Shown here in pieces: positions 51,291 to 64,000 of a stretch of 64,000 nt of DNA. The notes beneath the pieces are model-generated. The model did not search any database and had not been told where the DNA came from. It saw only the letters and a list, made by a program, of their open reading frames with translations. This DNA is from Geosiphon pyriformis uo1 (Eukaryota; Fungi; Glomeromycota). Every line of letters begins with the position of its first letter. The first letter of the stretch is position 1. The position numbers and the translations under genes are program-made. The stretch spans positions 496,001-560,000 of the forward strand of contig JAAOMT010000718.1 in assembly GCA_016748015.1 (NCBI GenBank), read 5' to 3'.

Positions 51291-51995
51291 AAGGACAACA
51301 GAATAACAAAACGAGAAATGAAATCTTCAAACGAATATATGTTTCAAAGACCTGTATTCATTAATAGTTATCTACTCAGGGCTGGGGTGTGAATATAGTT
51401 CAAATTCATATTCTTTAGGAAATTTGGCCATTGAAATAGTATGGCGTTTTTTCAATGTTTTACTTCCACATTCTTAGTTCGTTTGATCGGCCAAAATCTA
51501 CCGACACCGGTTCGAATGAAAGGAATGTTCGGTCGCCCAAAAAATCTTTAAAGGAAATAAATTATATGAATATCAGTTTTGGACTTAATAAGTAATATAT
51601 TATTGTCAAAATAGCAAAAAAAACAACAAAGGGTGCAAACAATTTACAAAAAGTTCAAAATCGAAAAATTACATTTGGGCGGAAAAATACTAATGTTACT
51701 CTTAAAGATTTGTATAAATGGTGACATGTTGTGTGTATATATAATAAAGGCTTTATGTATAAACAGAAAAAAAGAAGGGTAAACCTATCAGGGCTGCTAT
51801 ACTCTTCCATTCTTCAAAAAAGGAAAAAGATGGTGTAGGGTGGGGCAGGATTAAGTAAAAATATGAATCTAAGAAATTAATAGAATAATTCAAGTCCAAG
51901 AAAAAGCCCCTTAATTTTGTACAGTTGATTTGAACGTAGTTTAAAGAAAATCGTTTCTTCCAATCCCTTCCCACCATTACTCCATACAACGTATT

Positions 51996-54900
51996 TTATA
52001 TTACAAAAACTACGTCCGTGGTTGCATCTGGACCAACATCATCAATTAGCTCCAATCCATTACAATCGTCACTAGGTGGAAATACTAGTTCATGATCGTT
52101 ATTGTCGTTTTCATCCTCAGGAAAAAATAAATTACCGTCATCAACGTTGTCATCAAATCTTTTTGAAATAAACTCCATGTCATCACTAAATGCCGTGGTG
52201 GAAGTGGTGGTCCTGATCGAGCAAGAAGAAGTCGAGCGTGAAAGGGGTTGTAAATGTTGAAGAGGGGAAGATTCTGTTGAATTAGATGGGTCAAGGTGAT
52301 TTGATAGAGGAGATGTTACCGAGGAAGTTTTGAAGGGAATTTTGGGTGAAGATGTAAAAGACGACGGCGGAGTCGTCAAGTTGATAAGGTCAGGTATAAA
52401 AGAAGTAGAAGGCGAGCAAGCGATAGGTGTAGTAATTATGGTAGGTACGCTTTCCAGAACTTGAACATGAAAAGCATCTTCGAAAGAGAGCGGTGTGTTT
52501 TCTATTCACCGGATATAGCAATAATTTGGAACTTACAATTTCGATTGATCAAAAAAGACCAGTATGAAAGTTAAATAGCAGTGGGATGCTTACCCAGCGA
52601 CGAATCTTTCAGATCAATGAAAGAATCACTGACTGGTTTAACATCAAGAGAACTATGCATTGCGCTCGAAATGTTCGCTAAAAATTGCGAAAAATAAAGA
52701 AATAATAAGTATTTTTGAAACTTGTCCTAAAGAAAAAAAGGTCACTCATACCCGAAATATCTTCCAAAACTCTTCCTACAACTCGCCCATCTTCAACAAC
52801 AATCGCTGTTGCAACTTTGCCATTATTCTTATTACCATTCTTGACCCAACCGTTTTCACCGACAAAACCACCTCCACCATCTTCTTCCTCCACAACCACT
52901 TCTCGTTTAATTTCCAATTTTTTTGCACTCGGGACTTGACCTTTCTGAATTGCATCTAAATGACCCGGAAGGTAAGTTTGAAAACTGAACTGCTGAGAAA
53001 GCCATAATGGTGGTGGTAATGAGGTACGAGAAATCGTATGTGTAGCAATTTCTGCATGTGCCAGCCATTTTTTCCCGGTTTCTCTCTTTGTGGCATTTTC
53101 TCCATCCATAACCAATTGCGAGGTCTCTAGTACGTTTTTAACTTGAGACCAATTTGGCTGGCGTAAAAGATTCCACTCTACTATATCTTCGTATTTTACT
53201 ACCAAATCTAGCATCGGTTCTCCAGGCCTCGTAGAATCTTTTCTCCCGGCTGCTCCCATTCCAATTCCCATTCCCATCCCAACAACACCAGCGGCTCCGC
53301 CAACTATAACTCGACCCATATTGGCAACGGCGGCCGCACTTCCTGTTAAAGGAACCCCTGAAATCCCCATCATAGTGGTTCCATCATCTTTACCTTGTAT
53401 TCCCTGTTCTCCACCCAACAATACGGCTTCCATACGAAGGCGGTGCAATGTCAAAATTCCAGCTGGATGAAAACTTAAAATGTCTTGATAACCAGATTTC
53501 CCTTGTGGAATATCCTCCTCGTCTTCATCATAGCCCAAGTAAGTTTGCGTGGATGCAAATTTCCCAACAAAAGATAAAGAATTTTGGGTCCACGATTTAG
53601 CACGCCGACGTTCTTGAGCCACTGTTTGGCCAGATAGTGAGCTATTTGGTGACATGGCAATATTTGCGGCTGATGGCGATGAACGCCGCTTAGGATTACG
53701 TTTGGGACTACTTCCAGAACTACCAAGTCGATTCGAAAATGAGAATCCAGATCTTGCATCAACTGAAAATGCAGGCAATAGTTTTACGCATATACCAGGA
53801 GGTTTCCGTAAGGGAAGTATGAAAGGAAACGAGGAAGGGGTGAGTGAAGGATTAAAAGGAACTGATTGGTGAGTATTAAAAAGATTGAGATTGTTGCCAT
53901 TAGGGTTTAACGGACTTGAGCGTCGCGCTGGGCTAGTTGCAGCAGAAGATGAATTTGATTCTGACGGTGGGAAGGAATAAAAATCATTAACATTTATAGG
54001 CAAATGGGGAAGAGGGTTGGATGATTGGGTCAAGAAATTAGCAGGATCGGTGGGATCTGGTGGAAGAGGAGTGCGCGGTTTGATCCGGATAACTGGGGAT
54101 TGAGTGCTTGAGTGGAACTATTGTGGAAAGGTAAAAATTGAACATTGTTAGGTAAGACATATCGAAATCAAACTGACTTCACCAAACTCACCGGTTCCTC
54201 AGCATTCATTACCCAACCTTTGATGTGAGAAGGAACGTGCGGTGGACCACCATAAGGATTAATAGCAAATACATCTATAAAATTTCAAGAAAGTCAAGAA
54301 GAGTCTACCAAATTTCAATACTATAAGCTTATTACAGCATTGAAAGTTTAAAAATCGTACGGATAGTCCCACGTCCACTGGCTACTGCACACCATCTCGA
54401 ATCCCCGCTCCATCCAACAGATCCGTCACCGACACTGGCATCAGTGTAGCCTCTAGCTAATCGATATATATGCTTTATGGTCTTGTGATTCGCAACTCCT
54501 CGACGTCGTTTACCCACGATTTCAAAAAGGTGAAATTTGTGACCTTGAATGGAAGTGGAGAACAAAAGAGTCCCAGATGGATTAAAAGAAAGGTGACCAA
54601 CTGGGTGAGTGTGTGGCTTAAAATGAGCAAATATCGGAGGGATTTTTTTCAGCTGAGGGCTCGTCTGCGCTCCGAGATCACGAATCATTATCTTTTAAAA
54701 AGTTAACGTAAAATTTCTGGTCATGATCTGAATCTACCAGGTTTATCTCAAAATACATCTTGTTCATGACTTACCGATCCTACATTATCACTTTCCGGTA
54801 CATTAAGGGCGGGCATGTTATAACTTCCAGCAGTCCCGTTACTGTCCCCACCACTACTGTTAGCACTACCCGATCTTGACGCATACGAATAGATATTTGA

Positions 54901-56643
54901 AGGGCTGGCTTGGGGTGAAAATGGAGCTCTGGTTGTGGGATTCATTCCACCATTCTTAATATTAATTGGCATGGTGGTCGGTGACAATGATGGTGATCCC
55001 GGGGGATGCGAAACATTCGAAAAATAAGCGGAAAAAGTTTGATAGCCATAGTCACCTTATTATTTAATAATAAAAGTTCGATTTCAAACAAATATGTCGG
55101 GGACTGTCAACTTTGAAAAGAATTTAAATGTGACTGTGATTCAAATTGAAAAAGGAAAATATCTTGGAAACATTTACCTAACAACTTAACTCCGTTGACA
55201 ACCTCTTTCGCGACTCCTTTAGCAACATCTTTGGCAACATCTTGATATTTTCCGCTTACAAAGTCTTTTTCGTCTATTTCTCCCAACAAACAATCACCAT
55301 CTTTTTTCCCTCTTTGTTCTGAGGGTTCGGATGTAGTGGCATAGGCTAATAATCTTGGGCCTAGAGAAAATATAGGTCCTCGTGTAGGATGTGAGGCGAC
55401 GTCCGTTAATGGGGATAACGATTGAGTGAGCGTCAAAGTGGATAGAATAAGAAGTCGCGAGGGATTTGCCAAAGCCTTGCTCATATTAAATGGTTAATGT
55501 TTTAAGTTCATTTGTTCAGCGAAAAACAATTTTCTTATCATATTTATCTCAAGGAGCTTACCACAACGATGACCCTCTCATTACATTGGACAGTCGTGAC
55601 ATTTCCTTCATTTTCAAAATTCCTCGGCTTTATTACATCGTGTGTATTGAGCGAGAAAAATCTCAAAAAACTTTTAAACCTCGAACCCGGATCATGAAAT
55701 TCTTCAATCTCGTGAGGCGCTGATGCATTTGGTATTTTGCAACTAAAATAATGATGCTTTTCTCTGTCAGTATATAACAAGAAATATCAGAGATATGAAA
55801 TTTTTTGAAGAAATAACTTACACCAAAGCAACTAAAGGACGAGATTTTTCATGAAGGGGGTCTTTATCTATGTACCTTGGATAAGGTATTACCTATAAAC
55901 GTGGTAGGAATTATTGATAATTAGGTAGAAGATAACATTAAACGCGTTAAAGACTCCTTAGAAATGGGAATTCAGAATGGTTATATATGAATATTTACCT
56001 TTAGAAAGGTAACTTCACCTAAATCTTGTTCATTCTTGATTGAAACAATTTCACGAACATTATTTGGACTAGTAACGTCCCATATTTGGAACCCATCAGG
56101 ATATCCCAGTAAGAGCACGGATCGTCTGTAGAAAAAATAGAGTTGAACAGGTTCTTTAAAGAGTAATATAATAAACATAATCAAGCTTTTTGAACTTACT
56201 TTGCGGAGCCAATACGAGCGCCCAGCACAACGGACTCAATTTCATCAAAAGCCGCGTATACAATGATAGCCTTTTTAATTCCAAACGCTAAATCTCCCAC
56301 ACCTTGCGAAAGAGTATCAACTTCTGTCGCAAGGTGTGGGGATAAATAGTCTGAATAGGGGTTTCCTTGATTTTGATAGGAGTTGATGTCAACAGAAGCA
56401 TTGCCAGCAACTTTTCTGAGGGAAGCAAGGGACGAGGGTATATATGAAGAAAGACCATACAACGCTGAAGAAATCGACTCAAACGTTGATGGGTCTCTGC
56501 CGAGATAACGCGAAGCTCAAATAAGTAAGATGAATGAAACATCTTTTAAGAGGGAAAAGAATTGACTCAACCTAAGGAAGAACGTACCTCAAAAATTTTG
56601 GCTCAACCTTGACTCCTACAGAGTTGCTGGCTTGCAAAGACAT
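51996..56643 (-). CDS. BCAS3: BCAS3-family / ATG18(PROPPIN)-like WD40 autophagy-related protein, multi-exon
   Basis: ATG 56643, exon 1 ends AG|GTACGT at 56588; motifs LLLGYPDGFQIWD, PIFSLGPRLLAYA, HFKPH..LSFNPSGTLL..GHKFHLF..YRLARGYT..WSGDSRWCAVASGRGTI, FAINPYGG, WLAHAEIATH..PLW..QFSFQ; GT-AG introns. Internal exon limits not all resolved. Confidence 0.85.
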
Positions 56644-56997
56644 TAAAAGTGAATAAAAAGGAATTCGGTGTTTGAGAAGCAATAAAGAAGTATGGTGGTA
56701 GAATAGAATTGCGAGATGAGTTTAGGAGAAGGGGTGGTAGTTTTCAGATTGGAAAAGACCAAAATTTCTTATTGTTATAAGGCGTAGTTGGGCAAAAGGA
56801 TTAGGAAAAGTAGGTAGAATGATATTAAGTATAATTAATTATTAGTAATATTAGTTAAAAGTTAGTAATATATAAAAAGCAAGTTAGTAAGATATATTAT
56901 TCGGGAAGAAAGGGAAAGAGAGAAAGAAAGGTATAATGAACGGTAAAGGCAAAAGTGTGAGGGGCAAGGGTGATGTGATCCTGGCATGAACACGTAA

Positions 56998-57129
56998 GTG
57001 ACTCATGTTGCGCGTGTCTTAAATATGGTTACTTAATATTCTGCGTGACTTTTTTGTTTCCCCATGATATAAAAATCTTAAATAATAGTAATAATAGTAA
57101 TACACTTTCTGTTCGAAATAATGAGTCAT
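56998..57129. promoter_or_regulatory. Two Gcn4/CpcA (AP-1-type) consensus sites upstream of the BCAS3-like gene
   Basis: GTGACTCAT 56998-57006 and ATGAGTCAT 57121-57129. Confidence 0.45.
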
Positions 57130-57359
57130 CCTTCTGCAAACAGTGATGTGCCTTATTTGTTGAACAAGCATTGATGTGTCTTTATTTGCTATTTGAAGTA
57201 ACACTTGCCCCAGTCATTATGTAGGTTTTTTTAATAATGTATTAGAATGCGAAAGAGTTTAGCGAAAATATTCACCTATCATGTCTAAATTAAGGTCAAA
57301 TTAGTATTAGCTCCCTAATTATTTCAATGTCATAATATTGATCCTGATTTTCTTAAAAT

Positions 57360-57830
57360 CTTATGTTAAAATGAACAAATTTTTTATTTAAAATATAATA
57401 ATAATAATAAATTTAATGTTATTTTTCTTTTTGTTAATTATTTAAATTGGTTAAATAAATATTTTTTAAATAAATCAAATTTCTAATTTTTTTTAAAAAT
57501 AATAAAATTTGTGTTATATTAAAAAAATCAAGTTTAAATTATTTAATTATTGTTATTTTTGCACTATATTGTATTTAAAATTTATATAATATATAGTTTT
57601 TTTTTTTAATTTTACCATAAAATTTAATTTTGTTTAAAGTTGTTATTATTGTTATTATTTCAGTATTTTAATAATTAATTTAATAAACCAATATCTTATT
57701 TTATAAAAAGTCTAGCAAAAATTTCAATAAGTTAATAAAATAAATAATAAAGTTTTATTTAAAAAGATTTTATAATCAGTTTTAATGTTAATATAATTAA
57801 TTATGAATTTTAACGATTATATAAAAATTA
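57360..57830. repeat. AT-rich intergenic patch, probable eroded TE relic
   Basis: Abrupt near-pure A/T block between genes, with composition like the eroded relics; no family assignable. Confidence 0.4.
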
Positions 57831-58252
57831 AATTAAATTTATAACGAAACTTATCGCGAACAGATTCAGATGGTAATAACAAAATGAAAACAAGCTAGTA
57901 AATAATCTATTTGATCCCGGTTCTGGTTTTAAATAGATGTTGGTTTGTTTATCGATTAAAACCTCAGATAACAGAATTTGAGTTTCTCGCCCGACTAAAG
58001 TTAGTAATAAAAGGTTTTCCAAGCCCAGACCTTTTCTGATCCAATCATAAGTTTGTGTAACATTTAAATTCACGAAACTCCATATACTCGTGTAAATTCT
58101 ATCTTCAATTTGCCAAGGAAGTTCACCACATTTTTACTCGATTAATTTTGCTAGACAACTTTCCAACTCCCAGTGAACGAAATCTTTAAACTCGTAAAAA
58201 TCAAACTTTAGGGGGACTCCAACTCGGTAAGGAATCCATCAATCGAGTATTA

Positions 58253-60385
58253 TTAAAACATCGTCTTAATTAACCAAGTGGCTACACGAACAATACATGG
58301 AACTTTTCTCTCTGATTTTTGAAATGTCTCAGTTGTGACATTTTCCGTATGTTCAGACAGGCGCATCGCTTCCTAAAACATTTTTGTTAGAGATTGGGCA
58401 ACTTAAATATTGTGTTTGATGATCCCCAAACCTGATGCATAGCCTTTTTTAAGGAAGAATTTGTCGTCACAACTATAATTTCGGCTTCAAGGTCTCGATT
58501 CGTGGATCGATAACCATAGTTGGGTGATCCAATCATTGTAAGACTTGGCCAAGATTCCCCATTAATGTAGCACCAAAGTCCTTTTGCATGTATCATTTAG
58601 TGAATAAGACATAATACAGAAATTGTAATAACGCGATCAAAAATACCTTTAGCGTGATATGTCCACCCAGGTCTTTTATATTCAGATATTTTTATAAGAT
58701 GACTCTTTTTACGTCGACATACTTCTTCATAAAATTGTTTTTCAATTAAAGTATAAGATTGGGGGATATATTTGGAAATACCTTTCGATCTAAAAAAACT
58801 ATTTGCCTACATGCAGAAAAATTGCCAATTAATTAAATTCGTAATCAAAATTAACTAAAAAAGTAAAAGATTCTTGCCTCTGGAGAAGCGCAGAGTAAGT
58901 GAAGTTTTGCTTTAATTTCTAGAAATTTATCCTTGTATTTTTGACTGAAATTAAGGTATCCAGATGATAAAATTATAGTAAAAAGTTCATCTTCCTTTGA
59001 TTTTTGTTGCCCGTACCGAGAGATTGTATCTAGAATAGAAATGAGGGCCTTTTCATCCTGTCGTATGCTCAACGGGGGCATTTGGATAACTGGAAAAATT
59101 ACTGTATCATACTCGTCATTTATTGATTTTTTCGTGGTCTTCGTAATAGTATGCCATTTTCTTAGGAACTTTTTCATGATAAAATAACCATGTTCTTTAA
59201 AAAGCCGGCTATGGATTACTGGATCAGGGATTTGAAATTTATCTGACGGTCTTTTGGCGTTTGTTGGTACCAACGGTAAATTATATGATAAAAATCCAAT
59301 AGTCTCTATTAGGTCAGCAAAATACTTGCTTAGACTTGGTGTATTATTGATCAGCATATAGCGATCTTGTCGATTGTAAAAGTAATCATGACTTAAATTA
59401 GCCCTAAATCAATAAAACAATCAAATTCAGCTTAGGAAAGCTTTGAATCTCACTATAATCAAAAATGAACAATAAATGATTCCTAACCCACTTAAAATGA
59501 GGTTGTCATCGAATCCAAAGGCTTTAATATGCATTAAGCCAATGGTTTCATTTAATCTTGGGGGCACGATCTTTTTCAAAATTCCATTAAGATCAGGGGT
59601 GTGATACATAGACACCGTCACTCGACTAGGAAACTCTTGAACTAAAGGTTTCAAAAGAGTAGTGGTAGTTTCGGGAGATCCGTGTTTTCCATTCCGTGTG
59701 GAACGCAAGCAATCGACTAGTATGTAAAGATGAAGTTGAGCTGAGTTCTTGAGAGCTTTTCGCAAAGTGCAGACCTTTATAAGGCGAAGATCGGGATAGC
59801 AATCAAAAGCTAGTAAGGGAAGAAAACAAAAATCATCTCCAGTTGCTTCTGTGGCATTATCTATGAACTTCAATCCCGTACCAAGTCTTTTTCTTTAGGT
59901 CCTATATAAAGGGCGGCTAAAAAAATACGGCGTTTTGCAGAAAGAATTTGGCTCTAATTGAGATTATTTTAAAGAGATTATTTTAATGTTTAACCTTATT
60001 TTCAAAAAATGGCATCAATGGAGTATGAGAAGTCTACCTTTAATTCGGTATAAAATTCGTTTGGATCATGAAATAAGGTGATTTCTTCGCCTTTTAAATA
60101 AAAGGCAGGTGCTATGTCATATAAATCCGAAAAGAAATTGAAACGCTCAGGCAGAGAAATCTCGGTACTTGTAAAAAGATTTGCATCATAGTTCTTGAAG
60201 AAAAATAAAGGTTCAATTCTTGTCTTTTCTTGGGCACATAAAGGTAAATTTACAATATGTCTGTTATTTTTACCAAAACTAATAGGTAACATTCTAAAAA
60301 GCGTATGGAATAAATTACGATATTGACTAGTTAGTTGAAGGGGGTGTCGGAAAGACGAAAGAGCGTTCCCAGAATAAATAGCCAT
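58253..60385 (-). CDS. PGS1: Mitochondrial CDP-diacylglycerol--glycerol-3-phosphate 3-phosphatidyltransferase (phosphatidylglycerophosphate synthase), multi-exon
   Basis: ILSAKRRIFLAALYIG, LVDCLRSTR, SMYHTPDL..PRLNETIGLMHIKAFGFDD (HKD1), ANLSHDYFYNRQDRY, SSGYLNF, ANSFF.SKG, GWTYHAKGLW, TMIGSPNYGYRS..RDLEAE; basic N-terminal presequence; stop at 58253. Confidence 0.95.
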
Positions 60386-61999
60386 CTTGACAATTAGTTT
60401 GAAAATTTTTTAATTTTATATGAGATAAACATGACGCCACAAAAAAAATTTCAGTTGCCATTATGATACTGGGCATGAATTTAATAATGCTTCGTCTTCA
60501 ATCATCACAATAAAATAATCTTTTTGGTTATTTCGTTTTTTTCTACTTCTCTTTCACCTTTGTGCTTTTTTCCCTCGGTTCTCAATAGAAGTCATCCGAA
60601 ATGCATTTCAAATTTGTCGATACATTTTTCACTTTTGTCTGAGCGAGTGGAAATTAATAGGAATATCTCTATGTTGTCTACTGTTGTTGTGCGAAGATGA
60701 ACTAAGTGGTTATCCAGTCAGGCCGCCCATTGCTCGAGAAATTAGATGGGAATCAGTCAACACCTAGCAGGCAATTCTATGTCTCAAAGTATCTTGTTCA
60801 ATAAAAGGAATGTATGACTTGCAAATTCATTCCGTGAGCCAAAGAAATTCTTGCAACAGCGTGAAAAAACACCATCAAAAAACTAATAAAAAACACCAAT
60901 TTTCAAAAATACGGAATTGGGCGCCTTAAGCTTTGATGAGGCCTCTTTCTCTCATTGACAACCGATAATATTTACCGTAAAAAAAAGGAGCATTTGCCGT
61001 CTTTACGGATACATCCAGAATCAAATTTGCGCCTGAACTATTAGCGAACCATATGTGGCTTCAAGTTTCCGAAAAGCAAAGGAAACTATCATCGGCTTTG
61101 CTTCTGAGCCCGTAGTTGCAGAGTTTCCCGCTCGAATCATGAATAATACTAAGCTGGGTGAGAACTAGTGGGGAGATTTTTGCTTCCTAAATCCTGGGAC
61201 CAACCCCGGAACAATATGAATCGACATCTGTATTACAGTTCATGATTCTGAAGGAACTCTTGAGCTCTTTGCTGTCGTAACATATTTCCAAAGATTTGGT
61301 AACGAAATTAGACTAAACCTAGGCCTTTAATTTGATGTTCGGGGTGTTTATCACATAACCTACATACCAAAAAATAGCATCTTGCGACTTCTGATTTGAG
61401 GAGCTGTAATACCATTCAAAGGAAATCAATGTGGCATCGATTTCATTACTCTTTCCTTTGGAATCAAAGAGGATGAATTTTGAAAGGATCCTATTTCTTA
61501 CATTTTGGTCCAAGTTAAGAACACTAAGGTGACAAAAGATTCGGAATATCCGAGTCCACAACCTCCATTTGCTGTTTTTCTCGCTCTAAATAAGCCTTGG
61601 CACATCAAATTCGGGAAACGGAAACGAGCCAAACCTGCGTTAGGGAAGAGTTGTAAACTCAATTAGATGCGAAATAAAAGAGGGGAATGCTCCAATGTCT
61701 ATAAAAAAATGTGATTTGGATCAAGTCAAAATTTGCCTTTGACGTATGATCCAGATCAGTGAAAATGGAATTACTTTCTATCAAATAACATGAACATGGG
61801 AAATGCTGAAATAGTATCAGGACTTGTCACTCACTTTAAATTTCTAAACTTGAAAATTTCACAAGAGATGACAAAATATATTCTCAAAAATGGCATGATC
61901 ATATTAAAAAAAAGCTGCTCAAACAAATAATTGGAATACACTTAAGCATTACAACCATTTTTGGACAAATGAATGGGATTTGAATAATAAAATTAAATT

Positions 62000-64000
62000 C
62001 GTAAATATTAACAACTTGGTGAATTTGCTACCAAAATATTTAATTAATTAATAAAAATTCAAATTAAGTAACAGTTGTTTATTTATAATTAAAAATATCT
62101 TTTTTTTTTAAAGTTTTTTTTAAAATAATATATTAAAAACAATTTTAATATAATTGTTATTATTATAAAAAATCTTGAAATTTTTAATTATAAATTAATA
62201 GCAAAGTTATTGTTTTTTTTAATATTTTTATAATTAATTTTTTAAAAAATATTAACCTTTTTCTTTTTTGTATTTATATAAATACAATCAAAACAAAGAA
62301 TAAAAAAGTCACAACTTCTTTATTTTCAAAATATTTATTAATATTTTTATTATTAAAATAATTATAACTATTAAAAATATTTAATAATACTCTATAAAAA
62401 CACTTTTTATAAATAAAATAATAATAATAAGCCAGTTTTAAAATATTATTATAATTTTTAATTAAAAGTTTTTCTTTTTTTAAAGTTTCTTTAAAGATAT
62501 AATTTTTGTTTTTTTTAAAAATCTTAAAGTTTTTAAAAAATTAATAATTAAATTATTATTTTTTTTTTCTCTCTTATAATTATTTAAATAATTAAAAAAA
62601 TCAAATTAACCAAATAACAATTTTTTTAAGTCTTTGTTATATTTAATTACAATTTTTTTAAAATGCTAAAAAATATTTTTTGGTGTTTTTAATATTAATT
62701 TTAATGTTTTAAAATTAGTTTTTTTTTTGTAGAAAATAAAGTTTTGGTTTTATCTGTTTTATTTGGTTTTTTATTACTTATATTAATTATAATATTTAAT
62801 TTTATTATAATTGTAAATAAAATAAAAATTTTATTTTAAATAATAACAATAAAAACACATTAATTAATTTTAATTTTATCTTTAATTATATTATTTAAGA
62901 TATTAATTTTTAATCAATTATTATTAATTTTAAAAGCAATACAAATTATATTTTTATATTTGTTTTTGATTAATTAAACTATTAAATTATTTAATCTTAA
63001 AAACTAGACTAATTAAACTTATTTTTTTTTGTTTGCTAATAATATTGTTTTTAATAATATTTAAAAAACAATTATTAATTATTAAAGTTTTTTGAATAAA
63101 TAATTTTTATTTTAATGTTTATATTCTTTGATTAAATTAAATTATGTTAAAACTGTTTTTTAGTTTATATATAACTTTATTAATATAATATTGGTTTTTA
63201 AAAATAATATAAAACTGTTTTATATAAAATTTATTTTTTGTTTTTTATTAATCTTTTTACTTTAAAATTATTAAGTTTTTAAGTTTATATTTTTTTGTTG
63301 CTATTGCTTTGCAAAATATTTTTTTCTTATTAAGATAAAATATTTAATAAAGTTTTTTAAGTTATGTTAAAGTTTATTAATATTTAATAATATAATATTA
63401 TTTATTTTAAGTTTTTTTTTATTAAATTTAATAAGTAAAGTTTTAATACAATTTAGTATTATATATTAAATTATATAATCTAAATTAAATATGTATTATA
63501 TATTGTTTATACATAACTAACTATTCAAACATAGTCAAAACAATATAATATATCTATTAAAACAAAAACAATATTATCTAAACTAACATAAAACAAATAT
63601 GATTTATATAATCTAAAACAAATTTTTAAGTTAATAAATACACTTAATAACTTGTTAATACCAAATAAAAATTATACCAAAAAACTATTAACAACAAAAA
63701 TTAAAAAGTTATTACTAAGTATTAAATTATTATTTTTTATAAAAGCTCTGTGCTTAGATTAAATTAATTATATTTTAATATAATAAACTATATCTAAACT
63801 TTGCATTAAATTTACAATTTTTTATAGCAAGCTTGAAGTTTTTAAAAACAAAAAAAACTTTAAAAACAAATCTTTAAAAACATATTTCTTGCTTAGTATA
63901 GTATATAACTTATAATTAAAGATACAAAAATACAGTATTTGTAAAACACAAAACAAAAATTAATTTAATTTTAATATAAAATACCAAATTATAAAAAGTA
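62000..64000. repeat. Near-pure AT tract, probable terminally eroded TE DNA
   Basis: No ORFs, no CpG, same composition as 49.8-51.3 kb; family not assignable by eye. Confidence 0.5.

Noticed and set aside
61636-61648. CCCTAAC on the minus strand as a telomerase RNA template
   Set aside because: Only 7 nt of match, expected by chance, and it also fits an intron branch point.

Overview
AT-rich eukaryotic, intron-containing fungal DNA. The TE content and genes resemble Glomeromycota (Geosiphon/AM-fungus-like); this is an inference. Bases 1-~51,290 are a five-level nest of dead retrotransposons: (i) four non-LTR LINEs with APE-RT-RNaseH-CCHC; (ii) an unusual Ty3/Gypsy-type LTR family ('L': two two-LTR copies, one truncated copy, one solo LTR) organised as gag-PR-Cys-rich-dUTPase-RT-RH, then a separately encoded integrase, then an extra 3' ORF; (iii) four ~0.97-kb TGTTAC..GTAACA elements ('M'); (iv) a relic of a third Gypsy family. 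Almost every TE ORF is broken by C>T/G>A transitions. From ~51,300 to ~61,900 is a CpG-retaining gene island with a BCAS3/ATG18-like gene and PGS1, both minus strand and spliced. Main discoveries: (1) all seven two-sided L/M target-site duplications are, or are compatible with, NCGN (six reconstruct directly), implying a CpG-targeting integrase that lands in other TEs; (2) that integrase is a stand-alone Ginger/GIN-like ORF behind a conserved stop and is followed by a hidden ~220-aa ORF of unknown function; (3) a repeat-restricted, both-strand, all-context C>T hypermutation (about 40 of 40 LTR-pair differences are transitions, by hand count) that differs from canonical CpA RIP.
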